Shown here: piece by piece, positions 1 to 8,579 of the stretch
How positions within the stretch are numbered: the stretch's first letter is position 1
How the letters are laid out: the number at the start of each line of letters is the position of its first letter
Source of the DNA: Pyrinomonadaceae bacterium
Lineage (GTDB): Bacteria > Acidobacteriota > Blastocatellia > Pyrinomonadales > Pyrinomonadaceae
DNA: 64,000 bases
Assembly: GCA_046313635.1 (NCBI GenBank)
Contig: JBKBYA010000006.1
Location: 166,385-230,384 of the forward strand
Direction: 5' to 3'
Notes under the pieces: generated by a model
What the model saw: only the letters and a program-made list of their open reading frames with translations
What the model was told of the DNA's origin: nothing
Databases searched by the model: none
Translations under genes and position numbers: made by a program

Positions 1-2858
1 TTGCCGACGCTGCCGCGCATCAGTTTGTTGGCAGGCCGCGCGACGGTGAGCACCGGCGAAGACTCGGTCAGACCGTAGCCCTCGAGCACCGTAAAGCCGA
101 GCCCGTGAAGGTCCTTTTGAACCTTTTCGCTCAGCGCCGAGCCGCCGGATATCAGGTACCGCATCTTGCCGCCCATTCCCTGATGGATCGGGAAAAATAC
201 GATCGGCCCGAGATTGAAGGGCGTGTTGTCGCGCAGCCACGCGTTGAACTCGATGATGTTGTCGGCGATATCGGCGATCCAGTCGCCGTTCTCTCTGAGG
301 CGCGTCTTGATGCGGCGGTGGAGCATCTCCCAAAGTGCCGGCACGCCGACCATGCCTGTGACGTGACCGTTCTCGATCGCACGCGACAGCTCGTCGCTCG
401 AGAGCTCGTCAAGATACGTGATCTGCGTGCCGTTTGAGAATGGCGTCAAAAATCCGGCCGAGAACTCGAATGTGTGATGCATCGGCAGCACCGACAAGAC
501 GCCGTCGGTGATGTCCATATCGAGCACGCTCGAGAGCATCGAGACCATGTTCGTGAAATTCTTGTGCGAGAGCATCACCGCCTTTGGCGTGCCCGTCGTG
601 CCCGACGTAAAGATCAGCGAAGCGACCGCATTGCCGAGCACCTTCGGCGGCAGCAGCGCGAGACGACTTGCCTCTTCGATCTCGCTCGGCATCTCGAAAA
701 CCTCGTCGAATGTCCAGACCGGAACGCGGACGCCCAGGTCCACATCGCCGTCTGCGGCGGAATTCTTTTCGTGTTTCGCACTCATTGCGGACGAGGGCAT
801 CCGCGCTCCGGCTTCGGCCAATCGCTCGGCCAGATCGGGATGCTCTCGCGCGAGCTTCGGGCTCAAAACTATAGCCGACGCCTCGCCCTTGACCGCAAAG
901 TTGACGATCTCGTCGACCGAGCTTGCAGGGTCGATCGGTATCACGGTCGCTCCGGCTTTGAGAATGCCGAAATAGGTCATTCCCCACTCGGGCATATTGT
1001 TCGAACACAGGATGATGCGGTCGCCCTGCTGTATGCCGCTTGCGGCAAAGAAGCCCGCGGCCCGCAGCGTCAGCTCGCGGACGTCCTCGAACGTGTACTG
1101 CTCCTTTCGCCCGCCGCGCTCGATGCGCATCGCGACGCGCGTCGGGAATCGCTTGGTCGCCGTGTCAAATAGATCGAGCAGGTCCTTGTACGTGTACGAC
1201 CGCCGCTCCTGGGCCTTGAGCTCTTCTTCGAGCGTCGGCAGCACCCACTTTCGCATTCCGGGAAAATGGACGTTGAGCCAGTAGTCGTACCAGTCGAGCT
1301 TTTCGGGATACCACGGAAGCAGGTGCTTTTCTTTTTCGCGGACGACCGACATCAGCGCCCGGACGTTGTCCGATCGGTAGAGATACTCGTTGTCGATCAT
1401 GAACGGCTTGAACATCGCAAAGGCGTCCATCGTCTCTTTTGTCGTGCGTTCAAAATCCTCGACCGACTTGCGAATGTCGGAGACGATGTTGCCGATGCGG
1501 CCGCCGCCCCAGCGCGGCGTCGCGCGTTCGAGCAGGCGGTCGGCTCGCTTTGCGAGCTTGTTGAGCATCGGCGCCGAGGTGAGCTCGTACGTGCGCTGCT
1601 TGACGGGCGCGGCTTCGATCATTCCGGCGAGTTTGTTGACGACGGAATTGCCGGTTTCTTTCTCCTCGAAATGCTGTCGTTTGTAGAGCCCGACGAGACC
1701 GACGATGCGCTTCATGTCGTTCGGGTTCGAGTCACCCGACGACGCCTGAAACACGAGCGGCGGGTTGTCGTCGACCAGAGCGTTCATCGTCGCCGCGAGT
1801 ATCACGCCGGCGACCATATCGACCGGGATGATGTCGAGAATGAGCTTCTCATTCACGGGAATGATCGGCTGACCGCGCAGAGCGATCAGAATGAGCGGAG
1901 CGGTCGTCGTAAAGCCCTCGTTCCAGCCCGGGAATGGATACTGGACCGACGACTCGACGATCGAAGGCCGCACGAGCGTCTTTACGATGTCGTCCTGCGA
2001 GGCGATGATCTGCTCGGCGAGCGATTTGGAATAGGTGTAGATGTTGGTCCAGCCCCAGTACTCGGCGCGAGCGGCGCCGAGCTCGGTCGTGCGCTCGCGG
2101 ATCCACATCTTGCGCTCGCGAAAGATCGCGGACTTGAGTTCCGATTCGTCGTCCGGGTCGCGGCCCTCCTCGATAAATCGCGCACGCGCCGCCTCGCGAA
2201 ACTTTGCGATCTGCACGGCATCGTCCGCCTCCTGACGTGCCTGCTCGCTAAGACGCGCGCAGTCCTCGACCTCGCGATTGACATCAAAGGTCGTCCCGAC
2301 CAGTTCGTTCTTTCGCGGGAAGTAGCCGACGACCGGCTCGTTCTCCCAGATCGGCCCGCTGCGTTTGCCGGCGACAAAGCAGGTCGACACGTGCACCAGC
2401 CGAGGCTTTTTCATCATCCGCGCAAGCTGGATGATGTTGTTCGATCCGACGACGTTCGTTCTGAGCGCGGACTCGAGCGGCGGATTGAAGGTCACGTTGC
2501 CGGCACCGTTGATGATGATGTCGGTGTCCTGCATGATCTCGCGGGCAGTCGACTCGTCAAGACCGAGAAACTCGTTGCCGACGTCGCCGTTGACCGGCAC
2601 GACCTTGGCACGAATGAACTCCTCGAACTTATCACCGTACTTCTCACGCAGCGGATCGAATGTCGGCGAAGTCACAATGCTCGTCCAGAAACGTGTGTTC
2701 GACTCGTTCTCGTCCCGAGCGCGCACGGTCGCGTACACCTTTCCGATGTCCGGAAAGTTATGCAGCAGCATCGACAACGTCACCTTCCCGACGAAACCGG
2801 TTCCGCCGATGAAGAAGATGTTTTTGCCCTTGAATATCTCTGTTGGTGAAAGTTTCAT
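1..2858 (-). CDS. elbD: ElbD-like multidomain enzyme: N-terminal fatty acyl-CoA reductase (NAD-binding) plus acyl-CoA synthetase domain; runs off the window start
   Basis: Absent from the ORF track because its stop is outside the window. Partial manual translation from ATG 2858 gives MKLSPTEIFKGKNIFFIGGTGFVGKV (Rossmann), later SLIFTSGTTGTPKAVMLSH and LEGYGLTES (adenylation motifs) in the same frame. Follows LarA-like and HAD genes as in the myxobacterial elb cluster. Confidence 0.8.
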   Translation of the reverse strand, partial: MKLSPTEIFKGKNIFFIGGTGFVGKVTLSMLLHNFPDIGKVYATVRARDENESNTRFWTSIVTSPTFDPLREKYGDKFEEFIRAKVVPVNGDVGNEFLGLDESTAREIMQDTDIIINGAGNVTFNPPLESALRTNVVGSNNIIQLARMMKKPRLVHVSTCFVAGKRSGPIWENEPVVGYFPRKNELVGTTFDVNREVEDCARLSEQARQEADDAVQIAKFREAARARFIEEGRDPDDESELKSAIFRERKMWIRERTTELGAARAEYWGWTNIYTYSKSLAEQIIASQDDIVKTLVRPSIVESSVQYPFPGWNEGFTTTAPLILIALRGQPIIPVNEKLILDIIPVDMVAGVILAATMNALVDDNPPLVFQASSGDSNPNDMKRIVGLVGLYKRQHFEEKETGNSVVNKLAGMIEAAPVKQRTYELTSAPMLNKLAKRADRLLERATPRWGGGRIGNIVSDIRKSVEDFERTTKETMDAFAMFKPFMIDNEYLYRSDNVRALMSVVREKEKHLLPWYPEKLDWYDYWLNVHFPGMRKWVLPTLEEELKAQERRSYTYKDLLDLFDTATKRFPTRVAMRIERGGRKEQYTFEDVRELTLRAAGFFAASGIQQGDRIILCSNNMPEWGMTYFGILKAGATVIPIDPASSVDEIVNFAVKGEASAIVLSPKLAREHPDLAERLAEAGARMPSSAMSAKHEKNSAADGDVDLGVRVPVWTFDEVFEMPSEIEEASRLALLPPKVLGNAVASLIFTSGTTGTPKAVMLSHKNFTNMVSMLSSVLDMDITDGVLSVLPMHHTFEFSAGFLTPFSNGTQITYLDELSSDELSRAIENGHVTGMVGVPALWEMLHRRIKTRLRENGDWIADIADNIIEFNAWLRDNTPFNLGPIVFFPIHQGMGGKMRYLISGGSALSEKVQKDLHGLGFTVLEGYGLTESSPVLTVARPANKLMRGSVG
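721..809. repeat. REP-like palindromic element inside the elbD coding sequence
   Basis: 768-809 matches 26041-26082 at 38/42 nt; 721-735 is identical to 25949-25963. Confidence 0.8.
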
Positions 2859-2884
2859 GATTCCCGTCGCATAGCCGACGGCCC

Positions 2885-3023
2885 GAATTTAGCCGTGGCC
2901 TTAAGGCCACGCAATGTCGTCCCATTTTCCGGCCGCGTCAGCGGCCGCTGAATTATTCGTGCGCCGCTAACGCGGCGCGTTTGCTTTGTCCGTGACCGTG
3001 GCCTAAAGGCCACGGCTAAATTC
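2885..3023. repeat. Intergenic nested palindrome (REP/MITE-like)
   Basis: gaatttagccgtggccttaaggccacg (2885-2911) is inverted at 2997-3023 (26/27); inner inverted repeat ccgcgtcagcgg/ccgctaacgcgg. Confidence 0.8.
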
Positions 3024-3077
3024 CTCAACCGCTACGCGGCCAAAAATACACGCGAGGACCGACAGTCTGCACTACTC

Positions 3078-4679
3078 TCAATCCGTCACGCTGCACAACC
3101 CGATCATCGGCTGATGCAGCATTGTGATCTCGGCGTTGCGGCCCATGTAGCTGCGGGCCATCGCGATGGCCTCGGTTAAATTGTCGGCGCGTTCCCAGCC
3201 GAGCATTTCGGGGACGTGGGCGTTCTCCGCTCCGGCGACGATCACCTTGCCGACGTGCTGGCGGCCGTTTTCGCCCCAGTACCACATAAAGAAAGGGTGA
3301 GCGCCGTGATACGCGTTGCCTCGGCGGTACATCTCGACGTAGGCCGGGTTGGTAGCGAATTCGCGTTCGTACTTCTCTCGCAGGTAAAACGCGTCGCGCG
3401 ACTCGGGCAGCAGCCGATGGAAAAATTCGATGTACGACGGATGAAAGTTGTGATCGAACTCGTCAAAGCAAGGATGCGTGATGACCATAACGCCGCCCTT
3501 CCGCAGCAGCGGCTTGTTGCGATACATGTTGAAGTGATACCCCAACGCCATCACCTGCACGAGCAGCGGATTGAGCGCCGAATAGACGTTGTACGGCGAG
3601 ATGTCGGGAATGCCGGTGATCAGGATGTCGCACTGGCCTTTGACCGGGATCTCGTACTGCCGGTAATTGAGCTCGAGGATCTTTTCGTGGACGGGCTCGG
3701 TGCGGCCGGCAAAGCAGCCGATCAGCTCGTACTGCGCCGGAATGGCGTGCAGCATCTTGCGGCGTGCGGCCCGCGGGAGCTTTGAGAACGTGCGCTTCAT
3801 CGCCTCCCACTTCATCCGGTCGGCGAACGAAAATTCGTCCTCGTTGCGCGTCAGGATGTCGTAGCCCTCGGGAAACATCTTGTTGTTGAGCGCCGTCTCG
3901 ATGTGAAAGACCTTGCAGTGCTCGTCGACTAGCTTGCCGAGCCGGACGACCTTGTGATTCAACTCCGACGCCGGCGGGTCCATGTACGAGTGCGAATCGC
4001 GGATCGTCTGCGGCTCGTGGTGCGCACGCAGCGATTCGTAATCGCACAAGCCGACCGCGACCGACTTGTGCCCGCCATCCATCGGTACAAGATTGATGTT
4101 GAGATAGATGAGCAGGTCGCTCTCGGCCGCGCGGCGGTTAACGCGAAGCGGCTCGTTGTGCCGCGTGTGGCCGAGCGTGATCAGGCCGGCGTCGTCCTCG
4201 GCGTCGTGATTGTAGTACCGGTCGGGATAGTACTCGTCAAAGATCGCCTTGCCGACCATCCGCTTCATTTCCCACTCGGTCATCTTGCGGTGGAGCGAGT
4301 TGGCGATGATGAGATGAATGTCGTGGACGCCATTCGCCGCGCACATATCGAGCACGACCTCGAGCATCGTCTGCCGCAGGTCGGGCGTCGCCATCGGCGG
4401 CAGCGGCAAAGAGATGTCGTCCATCGCGATGGTCACGCGCATTCCGGGCTCGAGCAGCGCGTAGAGCGGCTCCATCTCGAGCGGGTGATTCACCGCGTAA
4501 CGGATCGCGGCCTCGCGATTGGGCAGCCCTTTGATCGGCGGATTCGGATAGATCACCCGCGTGCCGATCGGAATGTCCTCGAGAATAAAGTCCTCGCCAT
4601 TCGGCATGATCCGCGGTGCGGAGTCTTTGTCGATATAGACGATCGATTCGTGTGTTTTGCGTCGTAATTGTAAGGCCAT
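3078..4679 (-). CDS. elbC: LarA/DUF2088-domain protein (ElbC-like)
   Basis: 533 aa; [26 protein letters not shown] and DGGHKS resemble the lactate-racemase N-domain; lies between the HAD gene and elbD. Confidence 0.7.
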   Translation of the reverse strand: MALQLRRKTHESIVYIDKDSAPRIMPNGEDFILEDIPIGTRVIYPNPPIKGLPNREAAIRYAVNHPLEMEPLYALLEPGMRVTIAMDDISLPLPPMATPDLRQTMLEVVLDMCAANGVHDIHLIIANSLHRKMTEWEMKRMVGKAIFDEYYPDRYYNHDAEDDAGLITLGHTRHNEPLRVNRRAAESDLLIYLNINLVPMDGGHKSVAVGLCDYESLRAHHEPQTIRDSHSYMDPPASELNHKVVRLGKLVDEHCKVFHIETALNNKMFPEGYDILTRNEDEFSFADRMKWEAMKRTFSKLPRAARRKMLHAIPAQYELIGCFAGRTEPVHEKILELNYRQYEIPVKGQCDILITGIPDISPYNVYSALNPLLVQVMALGYHFNMYRNKPLLRKGGVMVITHPCFDEFDHNFHPSYIEFFHRLLPESRDAFYLREKYEREFATNPAYVEMYRRGNAYHGAHPFFMWYWGENGRQHVGKVIVAGAENAHVPEMLGWERADNLTEAIAMARSYMGRNAEITMLHQPMIGLCSVTD

Positions 4680-4685
4680 AGATCT

Positions 4686-4717
4686 GTAGCCAGTAGTCGG
4701 TAGCCGGTAGTCAGTAG
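4686..4717. repeat. Heptamer tandem array (GTAGYCR)n
   Basis: gtagcca gtagtcg gtagccg gtagtca gtag. Confidence 0.8.
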
Positions 4718-4719
4718 TT

Positions 4720-5076
4720 TTATTTTGCGTTCCTCACCGAGCGCATATAAGAGTCAAGCATCTTGCTTATCTGCTCGACACGATCCCTTAGATCCGTTGT
4801 GTCGCCGTAGCCAAGGTCGCGAGCTGGAATTAGGTAATAGCGACACTCCTCGAGCGATCCTTGGGCGATGTTGTAATACCTCAATTTGTCAGACAACCCG
4901 ATCTTTTTGAATCCTTCGGCAAAGTTTGCCGGCACCGAAACCGCCGCCCGGCGCAATTGCGACGTTAGTCCAAACATCTCCTGCTTTGGAAACGACTCCG
5001 AAAATTCATAAACCTCAAGAACCCACTTGTGGGCCAGCTGCCACAATTCAACATCCTCAAAGGTCCTCGACGTCAT
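4720..5076 (-). CDS. Four-helix-bundle protein (23S rRNA IVP-like family)
   Basis: [11 protein letters not shown]...[27 protein letters not shown]...IAQGSLEE signature. Confidence 0.9.
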   Translation of the reverse strand: MTSRTFEDVELWQLAHKWVLEVYEFSESFPKQEMFGLTSQLRRAAVSVPANFAEGFKKIGLSDKLRYYNIAQGSLEECRYYLIPARDLGYGDTTDLRDRVEQISKMLDSYMRSVRNAK

Positions 5077-5082
5077 AACGAT

Positions 5083-5114
5083 CTACCGACTACTGTCTAC
5101 CGGCTACCGTCTAC
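5083..5114. repeat. Heptamer tandem array (CTACYGN)n, inverted relative to 4686-4717
   Basis: ctaccga ctactgt ctaccgg ctaccgt ctac. Confidence 0.8.
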
Positions 5115-5785
5115 TTAAGATCGAGGATCGCCCAGTCGTGCTGCAGCGCCGTCTGCTTCAAACGGAAATCCGGATTCACCGCCACCGGGTGTCCGACGAT
5201 CGAGAGCATCGGCAGATCGGAGATCGAGTCGGAGTACGCATACGATTCCGACAGGTTGATATTCTCCCGCTCGGCATACTCGCGGATCCATTTGGCCTTG
5301 GTCGCCGACGCCATCACCGGCGGCAGGACGCGGCCCGTGGCTTCGCCGTTGACGAACTCGAGCCGGTTGGCGACGTAGTCGTCGATGCCGAGATGGTCCA
5401 TCAGCCGTGCGATCGTAAAATCCAAAGCTCCCGTCAGCACGACCTGACGCTGGCCGATCTTTTTGCCCTGGGCGATCAACTCTCGCGTGCCGTCGAAGAC
5501 GGCCGGCTTGAGCACCTCTTCGAACAGCTCGTCCGAAAAGAAACGCAGACGGTCCTGCGACATCCCCTCGTAGCTGCGGAAAAAGACCTCGTTAAAAACG
5601 TTTCTCGAGTACAGGTCGGTGATGCCAAAGAACGGCAGCTTTGCCAGCGTGCTGACGCTCTTTTTGGTCGTCTGCCAGAGGCCCTGCTGCCGGCGAGCGT
5701 AAAAGGCCAGCGTGTGAACGAGATTTGTGCTGACGAGCGTCCCCTCTAGGTCGTAAAAGGCCGCGGCTTGTCCGTTTCTATTCAT
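5111..5785 (-). CDS. elbB: HAD-IB family hydrolase (ElbB-like)
   Basis: AAFYDLEGTL motif I and AYSDSISDLPML...VAVNPD motif IV; start reassigned to ATG 5785. Confidence 0.8.
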   Translation of the reverse strand: MNRNGQAAAFYDLEGTLVSTNLVHTLAFYARRQQGLWQTTKKSVSTLAKLPFFGITDLYSRNVFNEVFFRSYEGMSQDRLRFFSDELFEEVLKPAVFDGTRELIAQGKKIGQRQVVLTGALDFTIARLMDHLGIDDYVANRLEFVNGEATGRVLPPVMASATKAKWIREYAERENINLSESYAYSDSISDLPMLSIVGHPVAVNPDFRLKQTALQHDWAILDLK

Positions 5786-5863
5786 TCGAGCTTGTGTGCT
5801 ACTGTAATGGCGCCCCTGGATCGCTGGAAATAAGCTACGAATATAACAGACTCGGCCACCTTT

Positions 5864-6667
5864 GTGTATTTCCTCGGCGAAAAATTCAAGTATCATTACA
5901 TTTTAATTACAATTGTAATTACATTGTGCGGCCTCGCCTCCTGCGGCCGGCGTTCGGCCTCGCAAAATGTGCCGCCGGCGATGCCCGCCGAGCAGATCTC
6001 GGCCGAGCTCGCGCGGGCCGATGCTCTTTTTCAACAGCGGGAGGCCGTCGCTAAGCTCCGCGAGGCGCGTCAGATCGCCGCGGCTCTCCGCAACGCCGAC
6101 CACCGCAGCTTCGAGGTCGAGTGGAAGTTCGCAAAGTACAGCTGGTTTCTCGGCCAGCAGCTCTCGGACGAGGAAGAACGCACGAAGGTCTTTGAACAGG
6201 GCCGCGACGCCGGGCTCATCGCGTCGGCCATCGCTCCGGACCGGCCGGACGGATATTTCTGGTACGGCGCAAACCTCGGCGAGCTCGCAAGGATGAGCCC
6301 TGTCACCGTCGGTTACGGCTCGGTCGACAAGATCGAGGCGGCGATGGACCGCGTCATCGAGCTCGACCCGGGCTATCAGGGAGCGAGCGCCTTCGACGTG
6401 CTGGCGCTGATCGAGCTCAACACGCGCCTCTTCGGCGGCGAGGCGAGCAAGGCCGCGAGCCTGCTCGAAAAGGCGCTCGAGTACGAAAAGAACAATTCAA
6501 CTCTGCGGCTGCATCTCGCCCAGGCCTATCTCGACCTTAACAAGCTCGACGCAGCACGCGCGCAGCTCGACTACATTGTTAAGATGAGGCCCGATCCGGA
6601 ATACGAGATCGAGCACCGCGCCGCGCTCGAACAGGCAAGGCGGCTACTGGCCACGCGGCTCAGATAG
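5864..6667 (+). CDS. TPR-containing lipoprotein
   Basis: Hydrophobic N-terminus with LASC lipobox followed by TPR-like helical repeats; start uncertain. Confidence 0.7.
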   Translation: MYFLGEKFKYHYILITIVITLCGLASCGRRSASQNVPPAMPAEQISAELARADALFQQREAVAKLREARQIAAALRNADHRSFEVEWKFAKYSWFLGQQLSDEEERTKVFEQGRDAGLIASAIAPDRPDGYFWYGANLGELARMSPVTVGYGSVDKIEAAMDRVIELDPGYQGASAFDVLALIELNTRLFGGEASKAASLLEKALEYEKNNSTLRLHLAQAYLDLNKLDAARAQLDYIVKMRPDPEYEIEHRAALEQARRLLATRLR

Positions 6668-6692
6668 AGGCGGTACGTTCAAAAGTCAGAAT

Positions 6693-7187
6693 ATGCGACG
6701 TGCACTTTTTCCAGGCTCATTCGACCCGGTCACCAACGGCCATCTCGACATTATCAGGCGAGCGGCTCCGCTATTTGACGAGATCGTGATCTCGGTGCTC
6801 AACAATCCTGAGAAGCAGCCGATGTTCAGCGTCGACGAGCGGTGCTCGATGCTCGAAGAGATCCTCGCGGCGATGCCGCATGACGGATGCCGATTCGTGG
6901 TCGAGAGCTTTTCGGGTTTGACCGCGGATTTCGCGCGGCAGAAGGGAGCGGCGGCGATCATTCGCGGCATTCGCGCGGTCGGCGATTACGAGTACGAGCT
7001 TCGGATGGCGATGATGAACCGGCGCCTGCAGCCCGACATCGAAACCGTGTTTCTCACCGCGGCCGACGAGTACTCCTTCGTCTCGTCGAGTTTGATGAAG
7101 CAGGTCTTTGAGCTCGGCGGCCGCGTCGACGGTCTCGTGCCCGAGCTCGTGATTGCAAAGATGAAAGAAAAGTTCACGGCAAAATGA
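6693..7187 (+). CDS. coaD: Pantetheine-phosphate adenylyltransferase
   Basis: FPGSFDPVTNGHLDII, IRGIRAVGDYEYE, FVSSS. Confidence 0.97.
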   Translation: MRRALFPGSFDPVTNGHLDIIRRAAPLFDEIVISVLNNPEKQPMFSVDERCSMLEEILAAMPHDGCRFVVESFSGLTADFARQKGAAAIIRGIRAVGDYEYELRMAMMNRRLQPDIETVFLTAADEYSFVSSSLMKQVFELGGRVDGLVPELVIAKMKEKFTAK

Positions 7188-7275
7188 CGGCTCGGTCCGC
7201 CGCGGCGGCACGATCGAGACCCAGCAGACCGGGCCGAGTCTGCATATAACGCCGCCTGTGTGGCAGAATGACCTT

Positions 7276-8484
7276 ATGAGCTCGTTTCCCGTTTCCGACA
7301 ATGTCGCCGCGATGCGGTCGTCGTCGACGTTAAAGGCCGCGCAGGCGGCCGCAAGACTCCGCGAGCAGGGCGTCGACGTGATCGACCTCACGGTCGGAGA
7401 ACCTGACTTTGAAACACCGGAATTCGTCAAGCAGTACGCGGTCGAGGGCCTACGGCACGGACTGACGAAGTACACGCCGGTCGCGGGGCTGAATATGTTT
7501 CGCGAGTCGATCGCGGCGTTTTACGCCGAGCGTTTCGGTGCGGGCATCGCGCCGTCGCAGGTGACCGCAGCGTGCGGCGGCAAGCAGGGACTCTTTAATG
7601 CGGCGTGCACGATCCTCGATCCGGGCGACGAGCTGCTTATACCGAAACCGTACTGGGTGACCTTCCCCGAGATCGGCGCATTTTGCCGGGCAAAGAACGT
7701 ATTTATCGAGACCCAAGAAACGGATTTCATCCTCACCGCCGATCAGGTCCGCGACGCGATCACCGAACGCACCAAACTGCTCATCATCAACTCGCCGAAT
7801 AATCCGACGGGCCGTGTAATACCGGCCGGCGAGATCCGCAGGATCATCGAGACGTGCGCCGAGCGCGGCGTGTACGTGCTGACCGACGAGTGTTACCTGT
7901 TTTTCGCGTATCCGCCGGCCGAGGTCTTTACGTCGGCCGTGCTGCCGGACGAGCTCAGAGAGTTTGTGTGCGTCGGCGGCAGCTTTTCAAAGACGTATGC
8001 GATGACCGGCTGGCGGATCGGCTATACGATCGCGAACGCCGAATGGACCGGCGCGATCAACAAGCTCCAGAGCCACTCGGCCACGCACCCGACGTCATTC
8101 GTCCAGTACGCCTGCGCTAAGGCGCTTGCCGACCACCATGCGTCGATCGATGCGGTCAACCTGATGCTCGCCGAGTACGAGCGGCGGCGGCAATGGCTTA
8201 TCCCGGCGCTCAACGAGGTGCCGGGCTTCAAATGCGCTGTGCCTGAAGGCGCGTTCTACGCATTTGTCGACGTCCGCGAGCTGATCGACGGACGCGAGAT
8301 GAAGACATCCGGCGACGTTGCCGATCGAATGCTCGATGGAGCGCACGTCGTCGCGACCGACGGCGCCGCCTTCGGTGCCGAAGGATTCCTTCGAATTTCG
8401 TACGCGACGTCTATGGAGAATTTAAAAAATGCGATCAATAAGTTGAATGAGCTCTTTGGATGCGCATCCAAAGTGGCCTCTTGA
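7276..8484 (+). CDS. Class I/II PLP-dependent aminotransferase (aspartate aminotransferase-like)
   Basis: GEPDF, NSPNNPTG, DECY, SFSKTYAMTGWRIG. Confidence 0.93.
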   Translation: MSSFPVSDNVAAMRSSSTLKAAQAAARLREQGVDVIDLTVGEPDFETPEFVKQYAVEGLRHGLTKYTPVAGLNMFRESIAAFYAERFGAGIAPSQVTAACGGKQGLFNAACTILDPGDELLIPKPYWVTFPEIGAFCRAKNVFIETQETDFILTADQVRDAITERTKLLIINSPNNPTGRVIPAGEIRRIIETCAERGVYVLTDECYLFFAYPPAEVFTSAVLPDELREFVCVGGSFSKTYAMTGWRIGYTIANAEWTGAINKLQSHSATHPTSFVQYACAKALADHHASIDAVNLMLAEYERRRQWLIPALNEVPGFKCAVPEGAFYAFVDVRELIDGREMKTSGDVADRMLDGAHVVATDGAAFGAEGFLRISYATSMENLKNAINKLNELFGCASKVAS

Positions 8485-8579
8485 ACGTTCGAAAGTCGCA
8501 AGTAGAGCCGGCTGTCCGCCGGCTCTGCTCGTGTCGGCACCTGGGGAATGCCGCGGCTTTTGCCCGGCCCGGTACGTCC

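Noticed and set aside
105..2874. Long + strand ORFs such as 1266-2849
   Set aside because: Antisense shadows of elbD in GC-rich DNA; the same applies to most alternative-frame ORFs over housekeeping genes.
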